This document shows, one piece after another, positions 20,401 through 27,638 of a DNA stretch of 52,301 nucleotides; position 1 is the stretch's first letter, and the number at the start of each line of letters is the position of its first letter. The translations under genes and the position numbers were made by a program. Origin of the DNA: an uncultured Elusimicrobia bacterium (lineage in GTDB: Bacteria > RUG730); NCBI GenBank assembly GCA_900321865.1, contig ONXP01000041.1:1-52301 (forward strand), written 5' to 3'. The notes beneath the pieces were generated by a model, which saw only the letters and a list, made by a program, of their open reading frames with translations, was not told the DNA's origin and did no database searches.

Positions 20401-23400
20401 CAACATTCTCAAGAATCTTTTTACTCTCTTGTTCTAGTTTTAATCTATCTTTATTAATCTTTTGTAAATTTTCTTTAGATTCTTTATCTAAATCTTTTAT
20501 ATTATCAACACTTTTTGTGTTGTTATTCTTTTTTAATTCATTCTTTAATGCTTCAGAATTATTTTCTTCTGTATCATTTTGCATCTTTAATTCATTTTTC
20601 ACTTTTAAAAGTCTATGAATTTCAAAATTAGCCACTGCAAGTTCAGTCTTATCTATAATTTCAGAAAGATCTTTTCTTTCTTTTGAAAAGAAATTAGCGT
20701 CCCCACGCATAAACATTAATTCTCTGATTTTTTCTCTATAATAAATTTCTGCTCTTTCTCCTCCAGCATTATCTACAAACTCTAAAGTAATCTTTTGCTT
20801 ATCTTTAAAATCGCCAGACAAATTACTTTCTAAGGCTTCAAAATTTTCTTTAAAGATTTCATTTTTAACATTAATATTACTATCATCACCTGTAGCTGCT
20901 AATTTTGAATCTTTATATTTTTTAGCCAGATTATAAAACTCATCAACAGTTATACTGCTGTCTTTTAATTTTGCTTTTCCTTGTCTAAGGTCTTCTATTT
21001 CTGTTTCTAAACTGCCTTTTCTTGCTCTATAATTTTTGTAAGAATCTGATTCCTTTTTTGCCTTTATTTGATCTTCTAATTCCTGTATCCTTTTTAATTT
21101 TTTTCCAGGACCAAAGCTATTTAATTCTGCTTCACTATCTAATTTTTCTTTTTGAGACTTTATAATATTATTTCTTTTCTTGTTTATACTGTCTTCATCA
21201 TTTTCAATTATAGTTTTGATTTTATTTATTGTATCTGTATTCTCATTTATACTCTTTTGGTTTGTAATTTTTTGATCGTTTTTTAATTCAAGCAATGCTT
21301 CTATATCATTGATTTTTCTTACTATTCCTGAGTCGTCTAAAGTATTTAAACCATCTAATTTATTTTTTTTAATATTAATATTATCTGCTAAACTACTCAT
21401 TTTTGTTTTATTAGAAATTATTGTTTGATTATTTTTATCAATTTTATTTCTATTAGAGTCAATATTTTTGTTTAGTTTTATATTTTCATTTTCTAAATCA
21501 ATTATTTTCTTTCCATACCCTAAATCTTTGATTGGAGGTTTTTTAAGTGAATTAATATTTTTGTTAACATTATCTATATTTTTATTTAGCGAAGAAATTT
21601 CTCCTTCCTTTATATTTATTTCGTTGTCAATTTTTACTTTATTGTTTTCTAATTCTACAACTCCTTCTGATACAAAAGCATTTAAACCTTTTTGATAGTC
21701 TTTATTTGCCTTGTTAAACATTCTTTGCACAAAAGGAGCTGTTTCAGGGCTTGCATCTTTTCCAAATAACTGTTCAATAATATCATCTTTATTTTCAAGA
21801 AACTTTTTTACAGTCATAGCTCCCAAACTATCTCTCACTGGTGGGGTCCCTATTTTTACCAGATCACTTCCAATATAGTTTTTCATATAATCAGATATCT
21901 CGTCCCTCAAGTCCATGGTTTTTCTACTTACTCCTGTAATTTCTTTCATTCTCTTAAAAATATTGGTTGCAATTTTTATATAAGAATCTTTTGTAGGAGG
22001 CTTATGAGTTTCTTCATATTCTTTTCGCAATTCTGATTTTTTTTCTGTTATTTTTGCTTCTATATCTTTTAAGTCTTCATGTAATGCTTTTTGTTCTAAC
22101 TTAAGATTTTCTTGTGATGCCTCATACTGTTTTTTTTCGTTTTCTAAATCATTTTTTTTATTATTATATTTATTCATTTCTCCTTCATATTCTTCATCAA
22201 GAGCTTCTTGTTTTTGTTTTAAATTTTCTATTTCCTCTTTATTCTTGTTAATATTATTTTGATCAGTATTTATCATGTCTTCAAAATCAGCTTTTTCTTT
22301 ATTTAATTTTGTAATATGTGCATCCAAGCCTTCATATTCATCGTTATCATTTTTAATTTCTGCTCTTAATCTGGATTTTTCTTTTTCTATCCCCAAATTA
22401 TCTTCATTAAGATCTTTTAAATTCTTTTTTAACTTTGTAAGTTCTCCTTTTAGTCCTTCTATGTCAACATCTAGCTCGTCATTTTGACTTTTGAGTAGTT
22501 TATTCTTATTCTCTATATCAAGATACTCTGTTTCGCTAACTTTAATTTTTTTAGTTATATTTCCTATTTCTGTTTCGTCATTATTTATATCTGTATCTAG
22601 ATCAGAAATTCTTTTTTTTAATTCTGCAATTCGAGTATTATCATCATCATCAAAAAATTCTCTATAATCTTTATCTTCTACTACTCTCTTTTCTTTTTCT
22701 AATTTTTCTATTTCTGCTGTTTCTTTATCATTAGCATCATTTAATTCTTTTAATCTTATCTTTTTTTCCTCTAGATCTTCATCAATAAATTCTTCTACTG
22801 ATTCTTTTATTTTTTCTACATTGTTATGTAAATTAGCAATTTCATTTTGTTTAACATTTCTAAATGTTATAGTCTCCTGAACAGTTGTTTGAATTTTTGG
22901 TTGTTTTAATGCCACAGATATAGTTTTATTGATATTATTTCTACCTAAAGACATATCAGACAATATTTCTTCAGAAAAATCATGACCAGTCATAATGCTT
23001 AATTGTCTCACAGTCATAGTAACATCACCTATTGTTATTTCTTCTTTTCCTATATCTTCTAAAATAGAATTATATTTTTTTATAGCATTCTTATCGCCCA
23101 AAGCTGCCTGTTCCCTTAATTCCTCTGTAAGGCCTTTGCTTTCATATTTTTTATTTATTTCTTTCATTTCTATATTCGTATCAGGATCGTTACTTATTGA
23201 ATTTAGAGCATTAAGCATATCATTACTAGTTCTACTAATCATTTGTTTAGATATAAGATCTTTGGTTGATTGTAATATCTCTTGCATTTTTCCATTTTTT
23301 TCATTTCTTTGTTTTTTTGACAAACTATCTGCCATCAAGCTTAATCTACTTGTTGACATTTGCGAAATTACACTTTGCCTTAAATTATCAGAAAAATTAG

Positions 23401-26400
23401 AAAGATTAAAAGTTTTAATTTCTCCGTTAATAGATACCCCTATCTCTGAAATATTTCCTCCAGAAGCAATATATTCCTCTAAGTGTAATTTATTCATAAA
23501 TACCTGTTTTCCATCTATCGTGACATATCCACCATCATTAACATCAACCATACCTAAAATAGCAGCCACTTGACTATCTGTACTAATATCTAATGTTGAT
23601 AATTCCAATTCACCATCTTTGAATGAATTTTTTAATGCACTTAAAGCGTTATCTTTCTTTTGTTTTGCTACTCCTTGAATAGTCCTATTATACCAATTAT
23701 CAAATATTTTTACCGGCACAGCAAGAGCTGCTAGAGCCCAGTTTCCTGTCATAGCACTGACAACTAAAAACCCTAATGTCTGTATATTTTCAGTTAATTG
23801 TCTCACCCCTTGTGCAATACTAGATATAGCTTGAGCGGCAGACATTACACCAAGAGCATCTACATCTAAATCCATAAATGCATTTGCTGCAAATTTTCCA
23901 ATGCTTTTAGCCATTGTACCAATGGCACTAAGAATTCCACCATTCGCTAAAACATTTTCTAATTGAGTAGTAATATTATATGTGGTAGATTCATTTCCAT
24001 TATCAGTTCCCATAATAGCAGACATAACTCCAAAGGTTGCATATATACCAACTAAAGGAATAGTAGCAAGAGTTGCCACTCCTGCCGCTATTCCACCCAG
24101 AATGCCTCCGATAATTCCTCCACCAAGTGCTTCAGAAACTTTGCTAAACACACCAGTTGCTACATTTGCTACCATTTTCCCAGAATTTTTCATAACATTG
24201 CCAACACTCTCAACAAAAGTACTATTTCCAACACTTGCCCAAAATCCATCTTCACTCTCATAAGCATCTTTTGCAGTTGTATAAATATCTTTTCCTTTAT
24301 CTATAATCCCAGATACTACTGTTAAAACAAGATCTGTCAGCAATAAAACAGGCAGCGCTAAAGGCAATAAAACTATCATAGCAACTCCTAATGCAATATA
24401 AGCCCCACCTCGTGCAAACATACTGCCAATTTTACTAAAATATCCACCTGTTACTTTTGCAGTATCTTTAATAGCGTCCATTGCACCCAAAGACTGTCCT
24501 TTTGCTTTAGCACTGTCCATCCTCCCTATTGCCATTTGAGCAATTAGCTTTAAAGCTTTCATAGGATCATAATTTTCTAGGTAAGTATCAAGAAATGTAC
24601 CATAGTCTTTTATTTTATCCCAGCCAACTGATTTCATAAAACTTTCACCTTTCATAAATGATACCAGCCATCCTTGTTTCATACCCAAAAGCCCACCAAC
24701 AGTATCTGTTACCGTCCCAAGCATTCCTCCACCTATAGTTGCAAACACATCTTTAACTCCACCTTGAGAAAATGCTGCTTCTAACTGTTGTATCTGTTGC
24801 ACTCCACCAAATATAGGAGTTATAAAAGATTTTGCTGTTTCAAAAAAATAAAGAACTACAGTTTTAACATAAAGTTGGCTTATAAATTCTGCTGTTTTTA
24901 TAACATTTTCATTACTTGTAAACTTAGTAACAATAAAGTGCATAATATTTTTTACAACTTTTAATATTGCGTCCATAGCAATTCCAAAAGCTCCTTTTGT
25001 ATACACATATCCTACCCCTAAATATGCTCCTGTTTCTTTATCATATCTTTTCTCTACCCTATATCCACCCAATACATCAGCAGTAGCATTATTAAGGGCT
25101 ATCCATATCTTCGTCTTATTGTCTTGATTGGCATATAAATATTCAATTTTTTCTTGTAAATAAGCAGCTACATTTGACCAAAAATTAAATTGTTTGTAGG
25201 CTTCAGCCATAGTAATTTCTGAAATTTCTCCTGTCTCTGGATCTTTATATTGTACTTTAGTTTGATCTTCTTCTAATTCTTTTAAAGCTCTTTGATATTT
25301 ATCAAACTTATCAGATAAATTATTCATAGCCATTCTTAGTTTTAAGTTTTTTGATGCCTTTACAAATCCATATTTATACAAAAGATCCTGCAATTTTTTT
25401 AAATCCTTTTCTGAAAGTTCTGACAATTTTCTATTTTTAATCAAATCATGTATCTTTTTTATTCCTTCTCTTACCTTTTTTATCATTAATGGTCCTGGAA
25501 AAAATCCCTTAAATGCATCATAAAAAGTAGCTCTAAATTCACTTAAAGCTCTTTGATAATCATATTGAGCTTTTAAATATCTGGTATAAGATGTATCGCT
25601 AGCTTCCTTTCTTTTTTGAAAATCTTCATCTGATTCAGATTCATTTTGTACTATACCGTATAAAGCATTGCTATAAGCACTCGCTTTTGCATCTGCTTTT
25701 TGCTTTGCTTTTAGGGCAGCTTTGAGTTCATTCTGACATGATACATAATACAAAATTGCCACTACCATCCCAGCTACCGTTAATAATGCATTAACAATTG
25801 TTAATGCTATCAAAATACCCATAGTTACAATAACAGCCGCCCATACACATGGACATGACCATACTAATGCCGATGCCATACCTAATGTCGCCGTTGCTGC
25901 AACAAGATTCGAAATTGAGAAAATAAGAGAAACTAACCCTAACCCCAAAGTTAAAGATAATGCAATAACAGCTCCAGTAAGGTCGTCTTCTGCTTCTTCC
26001 ACCATTTTTTCTGCTTTTTCTACTTCGTCTTGAGCATAATTATGTCCAGAAACTGCTCCCTCTGGCCAAGCTAAATTTAAATAATATTCTATTTGATTCA
26101 CAAAATTAACAAGATCTTGTATTTGTTCCAAAGTTAAATCTTTTTGATATTCCATATCAGATTTATTTTTTTCATCCATTTGATTAACAGCAACATCTGT
26201 ACTTTTATTCTGCCCTTCTTTTATCCCTTCTGACTCTTTATCTATGTGTTCCTTTAATGTATTTTTTTTGCTTTTCAAATTTTCTAAAGGAACGACCGTT
26301 TTTGAAGAACTATCTTGTCCTTCTACTATTTCTGCACCTTTTTTACCAACTTTATCTTCATAACCAATTTCTACTTCTTTATTTGAAATCTTTTTCTCGC

Positions 26401-27637
26401 CTGTTTCTTTCTTTGGCTCAACTATAGTAACCTGTTTTCCTAACATGCTCGCTTCTTCTACATATTTTTTAGCAATATCAAGTCCGTTATTCGCCCCTGA
26501 TTTTAAATATTTCTCTGCAGTATTTAAATAATTTAAAGCTTTATTACTCTGCAAAGTTTCTTGGATAGCATTATATTTTTTTAAATCCCCTATATATCCG
26601 CCTTCTCTATCTTGGGTTTTAATAGATTTATTTCCCTCAGAAGAAACCTTTAAATCTCTCATAATGCTTTTTTCATCCCAGTCATATGCTTTATAGAGAA
26701 TCCCATCATTTTCATTAAATAAATATTTGTTTATTTCTGACATACTATTATTATATAAATCTTCTATTCCTTCTTCTTTTTTTATTTCTAATGCAAGAAG
26801 TCTTTCATTAGTTAAATTTTCTAATTCTTCAATATATCCATTAGTTCTCATATCTAAATTATCAAGATCTTGACGATAATTAGATTCTGAGCTTTGTAAA
26901 TAATAATTCCTTCTAGTTTCTAAACCTTGCAAAGATTTAGCTTTATTTTCTTCTAAAGATGCTATTTTGGCCTGCATTTTCCTAATTTTGGGACCGTAAG
27001 AATTGTCAATCTTGATACCTGATGTATCCGCTCCATTAACCCTACCTCCAAATTTGCTAGCTTTTTTATTTGCTTTGCTTATATCTTTCTTAACACCACT
27101 AGCACCTGCACTATTTTTATCAGCTGCATCTAATCTTCCACTAGATGCCTGATACCTTCTTAAAATTTGTTTAGCTTCTTGTATATCTTTATCATACATT
27201 GATATAGTATCTGATCTTTTAGCTTGATATTCGCTATCATATTTAGCTCTTTGATTAACAAAATTGTTATATAAATTTGATTTGTCTTTATTATATTCTT
27301 TTTGAATCCTATTTATATTTGCAGCTTTATTGCTATTTACTTCATTTTGTCTCTCAGTGAAAGTTTCATTAATTTCTTTTTTATGTTCTTCATAAGCATT
27401 ACTAATGGTATTTATAAATTTATTAGCATTGTTTTCTATAGCAACTTCTTCATTTACCCCTAAATATACAAAACTTCTGGTATACTGCTCGCCGGCATTT
27501 TTTCTTATCTCACTAAGAGTTGGAATAGTTGGATTAATGCTAGTTGCATAAGAATAATCCCTAAGTAATAAAACACAAAAAGTAAATAATATAATAGAAC
27601 TAATTACTTTAAAAATTTTTAAATTCCTTATATCCAT
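8489..27637 (-). CDS. Giant (about 6,380 aa) membrane/coiled-coil protein with a central SecA-like SF2 ATPase
   Basis: Uninterrupted 19-kb frame. Start chosen at ATG 27637 because GGAGG lies just upstream (the ORF track starts at 27652). Signal-peptide-like N-terminus. SecA-type motifs LGMGGGKT, IDEADAL, GGSGT, ATNKAGRGMDF and QILGRVGR at about 15430-17300. Hydrophobic clusters and long heptad-rich segments. Confidence 0.88.
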   Translation of the reverse strand: MDIRNLKIFKVISSIILFTFCVLLLRDYSYATSINPTIPTLSEIRKNAGEQYTRSFVYLGVNEEVAIENNANKFINTISNAYEEHKKEINETFTERQNEVNSNKAANINRIQKEYNKDKSNLYNNFVNQRAKYDSEYQAKRSDTISMYDKDIQEAKQILRRYQASSGRLDAADKNSAGASGVKKDISKANKKASKFGGRVNGADTSGIKIDNSYGPKIRKMQAKIASLEENKAKSLQGLETRRNYYLQSSESNYRQDLDNLDMRTNGYIEELENLTNERLLALEIKKEEGIEDLYNNSMSEINKYLFNENDGILYKAYDWDEKSIMRDLKVSSEGNKSIKTQDREGGYIGDLKKYNAIQETLQSNKALNYLNTAEKYLKSGANNGLDIAKKYVEEASMLGKQVTIVEPKKETGEKKISNKEVEIGYEDKVGKKGAEIVEGQDSSSKTVVPLENLKSKKNTLKEHIDKESEGIKEGQNKSTDVAVNQMDEKNKSDMEYQKDLTLEQIQDLVNFVNQIEYYLNLAWPEGAVSGHNYAQDEVEKAEKMVEEAEDDLTGAVIALSLTLGLGLVSLIFSISNLVAATATLGMASALVWSCPCVWAAVIVTMGILIALTIVNALLTVAGMVVAILYYVSCQNELKAALKAKQKADAKASAYSNALYGIVQNESESDEDFQKRKEASDTSYTRYLKAQYDYQRALSEFRATFYDAFKGFFPGPLMIKKVREGIKKIHDLIKNRKLSELSEKDLKKLQDLLYKYGFVKASKNLKLRMAMNNLSDKFDKYQRALKELEEDQTKVQYKDPETGEISEITMAEAYKQFNFWSNVAAYLQEKIEYLYANQDNKTKIWIALNNATADVLGGYRVEKRYDKETGAYLGVGYVYTKGAFGIAMDAILKVVKNIMHFIVTKFTSNENVIKTAEFISQLYVKTVVLYFFETAKSFITPIFGGVQQIQQLEAAFSQGGVKDVFATIGGGMLGTVTDTVGGLLGMKQGWLVSFMKGESFMKSVGWDKIKDYGTFLDTYLENYDPMKALKLIAQMAIGRMDSAKAKGQSLGAMDAIKDTAKVTGGYFSKIGSMFARGGAYIALGVAMIVLLPLALPVLLLTDLVLTVVSGIIDKGKDIYTTAKDAYESEDGFWASVGNSTFVESVGNVMKNSGKMVANVATGVFSKVSEALGGGIIGGILGGIAAGVATLATIPLVGIYATFGVMSAIMGTDNGNESTTYNITTQLENVLANGGILSAIGTMAKSIGKFAANAFMDLDVDALGVMSAAQAISSIAQGVRQLTENIQTLGFLVVSAMTGNWALAALAVPVKIFDNWYNRTIQGVAKQKKDNALSALKNSFKDGELELSTLDISTDSQVAAILGMVDVNDGGYVTIDGKQVFMNKLHLEEYIASGGNISEIGVSINGEIKTFNLSNFSDNLRQSVISQMSTSRLSLMADSLSKKQRNEKNGKMQEILQSTKDLISKQMISRTSNDMLNALNSISNDPDTNIEMKEINKKYESKGLTEELREQAALGDKNAIKKYNSILEDIGKEEITIGDVTMTVRQLSIMTGHDFSEEILSDMSLGRNNINKTISVALKQPKIQTTVQETITFRNVKQNEIANLHNNVEKIKESVEEFIDEDLEEKKIRLKELNDANDKETAEIEKLEKEKRVVEDKDYREFFDDDDNTRIAELKKRISDLDTDINNDETEIGNITKKIKVSETEYLDIENKNKLLKSQNDELDVDIEGLKGELTKLKKNLKDLNEDNLGIEKEKSRLRAEIKNDNDEYEGLDAHITKLNKEKADFEDMINTDQNNINKNKEEIENLKQKQEALDEEYEGEMNKYNNKKNDLENEKKQYEASQENLKLEQKALHEDLKDIEAKITEKKSELRKEYEETHKPPTKDSYIKIATNIFKRMKEITGVSRKTMDLRDEISDYMKNYIGSDLVKIGTPPVRDSLGAMTVKKFLENKDDIIEQLFGKDASPETAPFVQRMFNKANKDYQKGLNAFVSEGVVELENNKVKIDNEINIKEGEISSLNKNIDNVNKNINSLKKPPIKDLGYGKKIIDLENENIKLNKNIDSNRNKIDKNNQTIISNKTKMSSLADNINIKKNKLDGLNTLDDSGIVRKINDIEALLELKNDQKITNQKSINENTDTINKIKTIIENDEDSINKKRNNIIKSQKEKLDSEAELNSFGPGKKLKRIQELEDQIKAKKESDSYKNYRARKGSLETEIEDLRQGKAKLKDSSITVDEFYNLAKKYKDSKLAATGDDSNINVKNEIFKENFEALESNLSGDFKDKQKITLEFVDNAGGERAEIYYREKIRELMFMRGDANFFSKERKDLSEIIDKTELAVANFEIHRLLKVKNELKMQNDTEENNSEALKNELKKNNNTKSVDNIKDLDKESKENLQKINKDRLKLEQESKKILENVVGKEKKGIKAEDLDFTELGTKNLSKVQDYLKIEKSLNNLYGDEIAIMAEKNKVYMKELFKNESDKALKNVEIYIESSEDKDVSLLKNNLKNFQDSATSELTSLLKNELKDVEGVKDFAFLLVDDVQTKIKNHTLKDEDVEDLAKTILDKGGSEETVSNVKLIVKTVKDLDNIAENFGNVADNTKKIDAIKKYKQDMNDLVEKSDSTINLVKSKINAKIDQNLNESLNDIERENSYLLTQKYKLKKGVGETIEIDINGEKEQKTLAQIEQMINKNNEEKENLIKNANSQKTKYAISFTNRQYEVLRTVNHNVLNEFVSGYEEAAQNGISLKNFNTKKGEGRETGVIIRRSVLSKIENGEIELSSYAIEHNGKKLSLSHSSLKDLVKENDFQGSYSKEMLTNIIKREKLNEKRIKLAKENLINITEGGKDTEKSLEIKTSRSFTPIKDAILASNKEINKKKFLEILNEELDKNSGTSLGDKIKGIFPMTDIGKKKDAIQELIKIIEKVDKDTFTSQDFEIDKDGRNVLGNAIQKLGMYSGQSAINMLKAAGYDIDKNFETKFVSNFKTKEVFNRTGILKENQEMLRQDVSNDLRNELKVLTIKQNISKLDLDNDIDSLDITKMNKKSDKIFDNISENIIEKNNDNLGKVCKKLVDGLSEDKQAEYKEIIGADNKLNKEKARTLLTNLSMKEFEKALADTSNLDDASRDSLKKTFGIVKELDYKKEALSMPSLVENMMKETNADMAVLNTTVRNKINPILAEDTKELEDSYNMFKNIPEDKRTQEQKNIILKHENIVMAKKLDYCLNKLKEADRTFGTIDIDTDVMDTIKNIIKNGKPFSQQSELNKMYLSKGLQLLTSNLNGLEGDNIYDKDGKVRYTRSGIRDLTNNVNKFVNQELEDNKVRFFKKLDQMIEEPMANIQKAMVENIINTKNKGNTITYKFNNKELTINRNDEQAVRTFIKTASYDDIENNLGSDLNSDKILSAAFPGYKPGTNLTSTQAEIMRAITLKMAEGHHPIENGKFSARETSFADVSMGQSQNQLLMMAANDAGYIAALGMGGGKTRVYPLVIASQMMTGKAGTAEILVSARQEVTNMLGTDEKGNISGGGNTAIMKRFFGVDMQNGVKPEGVNDNEYLVKKLNNATNKTIFVFDLETRGHLAHEIREDKRLNKLNDIGTVAIDEADALALRQQSFINASKKAASHGEKYQVIKTLEIYTKVIDDMKKKDPLIESKVFKNENGINSMNAQVLDNMLEEMKKDKALTNMLYNPAGVTTLEDDKMKGQFQYTIEQVLRAKQELKNGDTVGGYKSDSVSGVQFGVQDGVSINSVATQVIDSYLKKGGNMDQFSLKNFENTMDIKSLDEFKAEVSVTTVEASTQEILTKNQGVKLNVFGGSGTVYGAKTISKAVSAPVLEISEGTFTDYSYKTAIVGDKTTSDMASDFMNNKKSEANWGKLAIQDHKNIRKNLMKTLENRVQGDEEAIKFLDKVSAITKKTDRVSTAEFASDYGKEGEIIDKVFNKEGETGYRSLGELIRTGKVKYQDDGFHEVTQKGEIGRLVDVSMMDILKSRTAVKAMLNDNLEAAENLVNKLETKKIYVIDNYTNADNVSPLAKKVSENEYSVFATNKAGRGMDFKGKMELLVLDAEKISKNDLLQILGRVGRGSSKDTFSRTVAVDVSSMKKRFESSKQQIEAKLKDLDKSEFYKNALKAKEGDRTIKQQKIIQEYNELKTEASRYGSYIEDIENGDVRKSVSEMIQDNSVVLANEKANASALYQISEGVRTALIKLPLETMIKKATGKDKLKLELIRDEFLRKAKGQEADLYRQEDGEYKSGMDTFKKSLKSTLDLSEQVYGMLSSDKQKYKVTRRMMLGINDGIEDKNLLAELKYRRKDIEGTKKTLDSILKTDWNELMLDVEERVEKSGIYTMAQINSSQSLGAASTVLDTALYIAKDISYTKKMMKDEDLVQNVKITNTALTGNQNKGVFKFNTNDETLIAHKLETMKKDNWKFELNNDKYKVSQIILTPKQYNRIQKSPLVKKIVDEASQNKNLKIMVASSENMIKNNNVFSYEDFGTKKVDKKVDFYQNMKDKKIVNFGSNFEDKAKDKTAKELFRKRIQDKNLGIKEEDWQSGDVVINVDAKRWEELSKSEKKDFTEKFKNKIAEIKDKKADANITLAISSDKTNTTISKDLQTLNKVQNVFERKELFLQRQKLIKEKMYEERNEKTANLLKTRDEIKSINADILKQKQEIETLEKEKEIFENKSKEKELINYTKQNYADILKTKDLTKEKELILLTINRKIKSRKISFKEKGLKEEDKNSIENMNKFSSISDIQKEIDFNRDNLVNLNRIIKTSKDNIIRLSKMEIDEMDHSKTANKIKQEVLSLTNNLSKIESKLNLSEDISAKISYSIDKIKKEMLNSNLLGQIKLKAGKEEEIISKGTRKELNNLREELNEISRNLVSIEEIDNQINEFKKETLKTLNIENNENIKNQKAEMEEKIETLKQDLKNNEEKLKSKNEELDIQYNNIQDINNKFNKEANELYLNSLKYDITIASKEIDKKILDGEKIKEDDKLDLKKDTTKLETITDNEIAKLILEKTALEKELDKDTSKITLYEKEKEKYKELSSDVNLEEVAKSQILSLNNKIKAIRQKNANKIDRMYELTAILDSKNFDNYFKEKKEELENVKDETEKEWKEERIDKLDKINQAFIDEKKGEFSKISEERKKYIDSKLNQKYLDNLNKLFSLDNYDYVVMESVEDIEKVIKETEGEKDELLQTIKNAVGSSAILDMSKEDLGSFESEDRTEKVLISSESGLISESEDSKDVSLNDISLIDEEKSITKDQLKEIYNNDKDAFYEKVMQNLKTNEYKTFEYAKAKDTFGKLNSLDEKIAILTERQSILRAMNPDNLSDFILSDYLEENYVDEEKGAEDYKYLKAQEIGNVILSTDEKVLKEYNKFDNERRKNLFAIEKEGFENSLGFSYRFKNFFKGIFDKMSDWIKYHFNRIKNGFVMPKIKADSFIGFLYNLWAIISPLFSAIVIVILALLYVPAIILGGVASFVLALFNPNIESKGGVKVLEQAWAVIWRVATLFIPSLIQMLVKKIRYQNIFNNNKKQTLDFSGTIFKEAKRSLKAKKITLDEYKDLIAMEIEQKLLDEYIRNKEEDRKETIYEIVVSSQKTRENELAIRDGIKAFNEKASSLVDDHKNILPNIVVRDTKGNIVDVYSNKYINLKGEEETNDYKNAGILLSRNEEIEKVLLNNKNAVNDPMQEMLRSLNLGGGVKNITLSKAGFKKQKEELQEKISSIKTEPLIINLDNVEEKNINELTSDVFREVLESGKITTNIVFTKNGRFFGATEKRVSDAVKSWNNFENTLGIKKLTRKNIYKNININSTMIGSNLETNYMTESIDTKAIKDDTKYEKGKSAYLDPIVIDEDGTQKELYKIEIGEKVKISLNKDALDLWNIGENRQKFMYRLRQISNQYKDLQKEIEIELPEIEEGEKLKILSEEKIRLKKENDAKTGREAIKKTCESFIDEHKEEETRRFWLHNDKGNILRVNNVNLFGTFVDSFDIKEVLLIPGYVLTDEVVFKNWLSQKLQAEGIRRDNEQIILGLDKELILPRNILSILDKYFQNENIKIINRRGEEIRLPEISKTKQISKEESKGKIEINNPRMNQNIFDSIESMESIELVQITDDFAKDSESINALMTALHRKGYNGDINILGYNNEIVKLWQTQVFEKGAIIREFDNTKEFDEFLEVAKTQDLSKFPFVFNINSRDELSLKKLNNLIKNKHLGNVTLLMRGEILATNDANILKGEEKFEKMRDKSIKKLSDSKIKNEDIKDIESILGTKDGNEEALKKDFCIITDKLNKENKAKLEEEKEKKEPDYTLESEKITIFTAKNIPVYRGNILFNMKGARDYIKDLENLYNKENLTDEDIVKISTQVTKAVQTYGINFALESHKKMAEKAKADKSITKFLDIAA

Positions 27638-27638
27638 T

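Noticed and set aside
8826-24263. Many plus-strand ORFs (60-192 aa) inside the giant gene
   Set aside because: They are antisense shadows rich in F/S/L/I, as expected from the reverse complement of K/E/N/D codons, and show no motifs.
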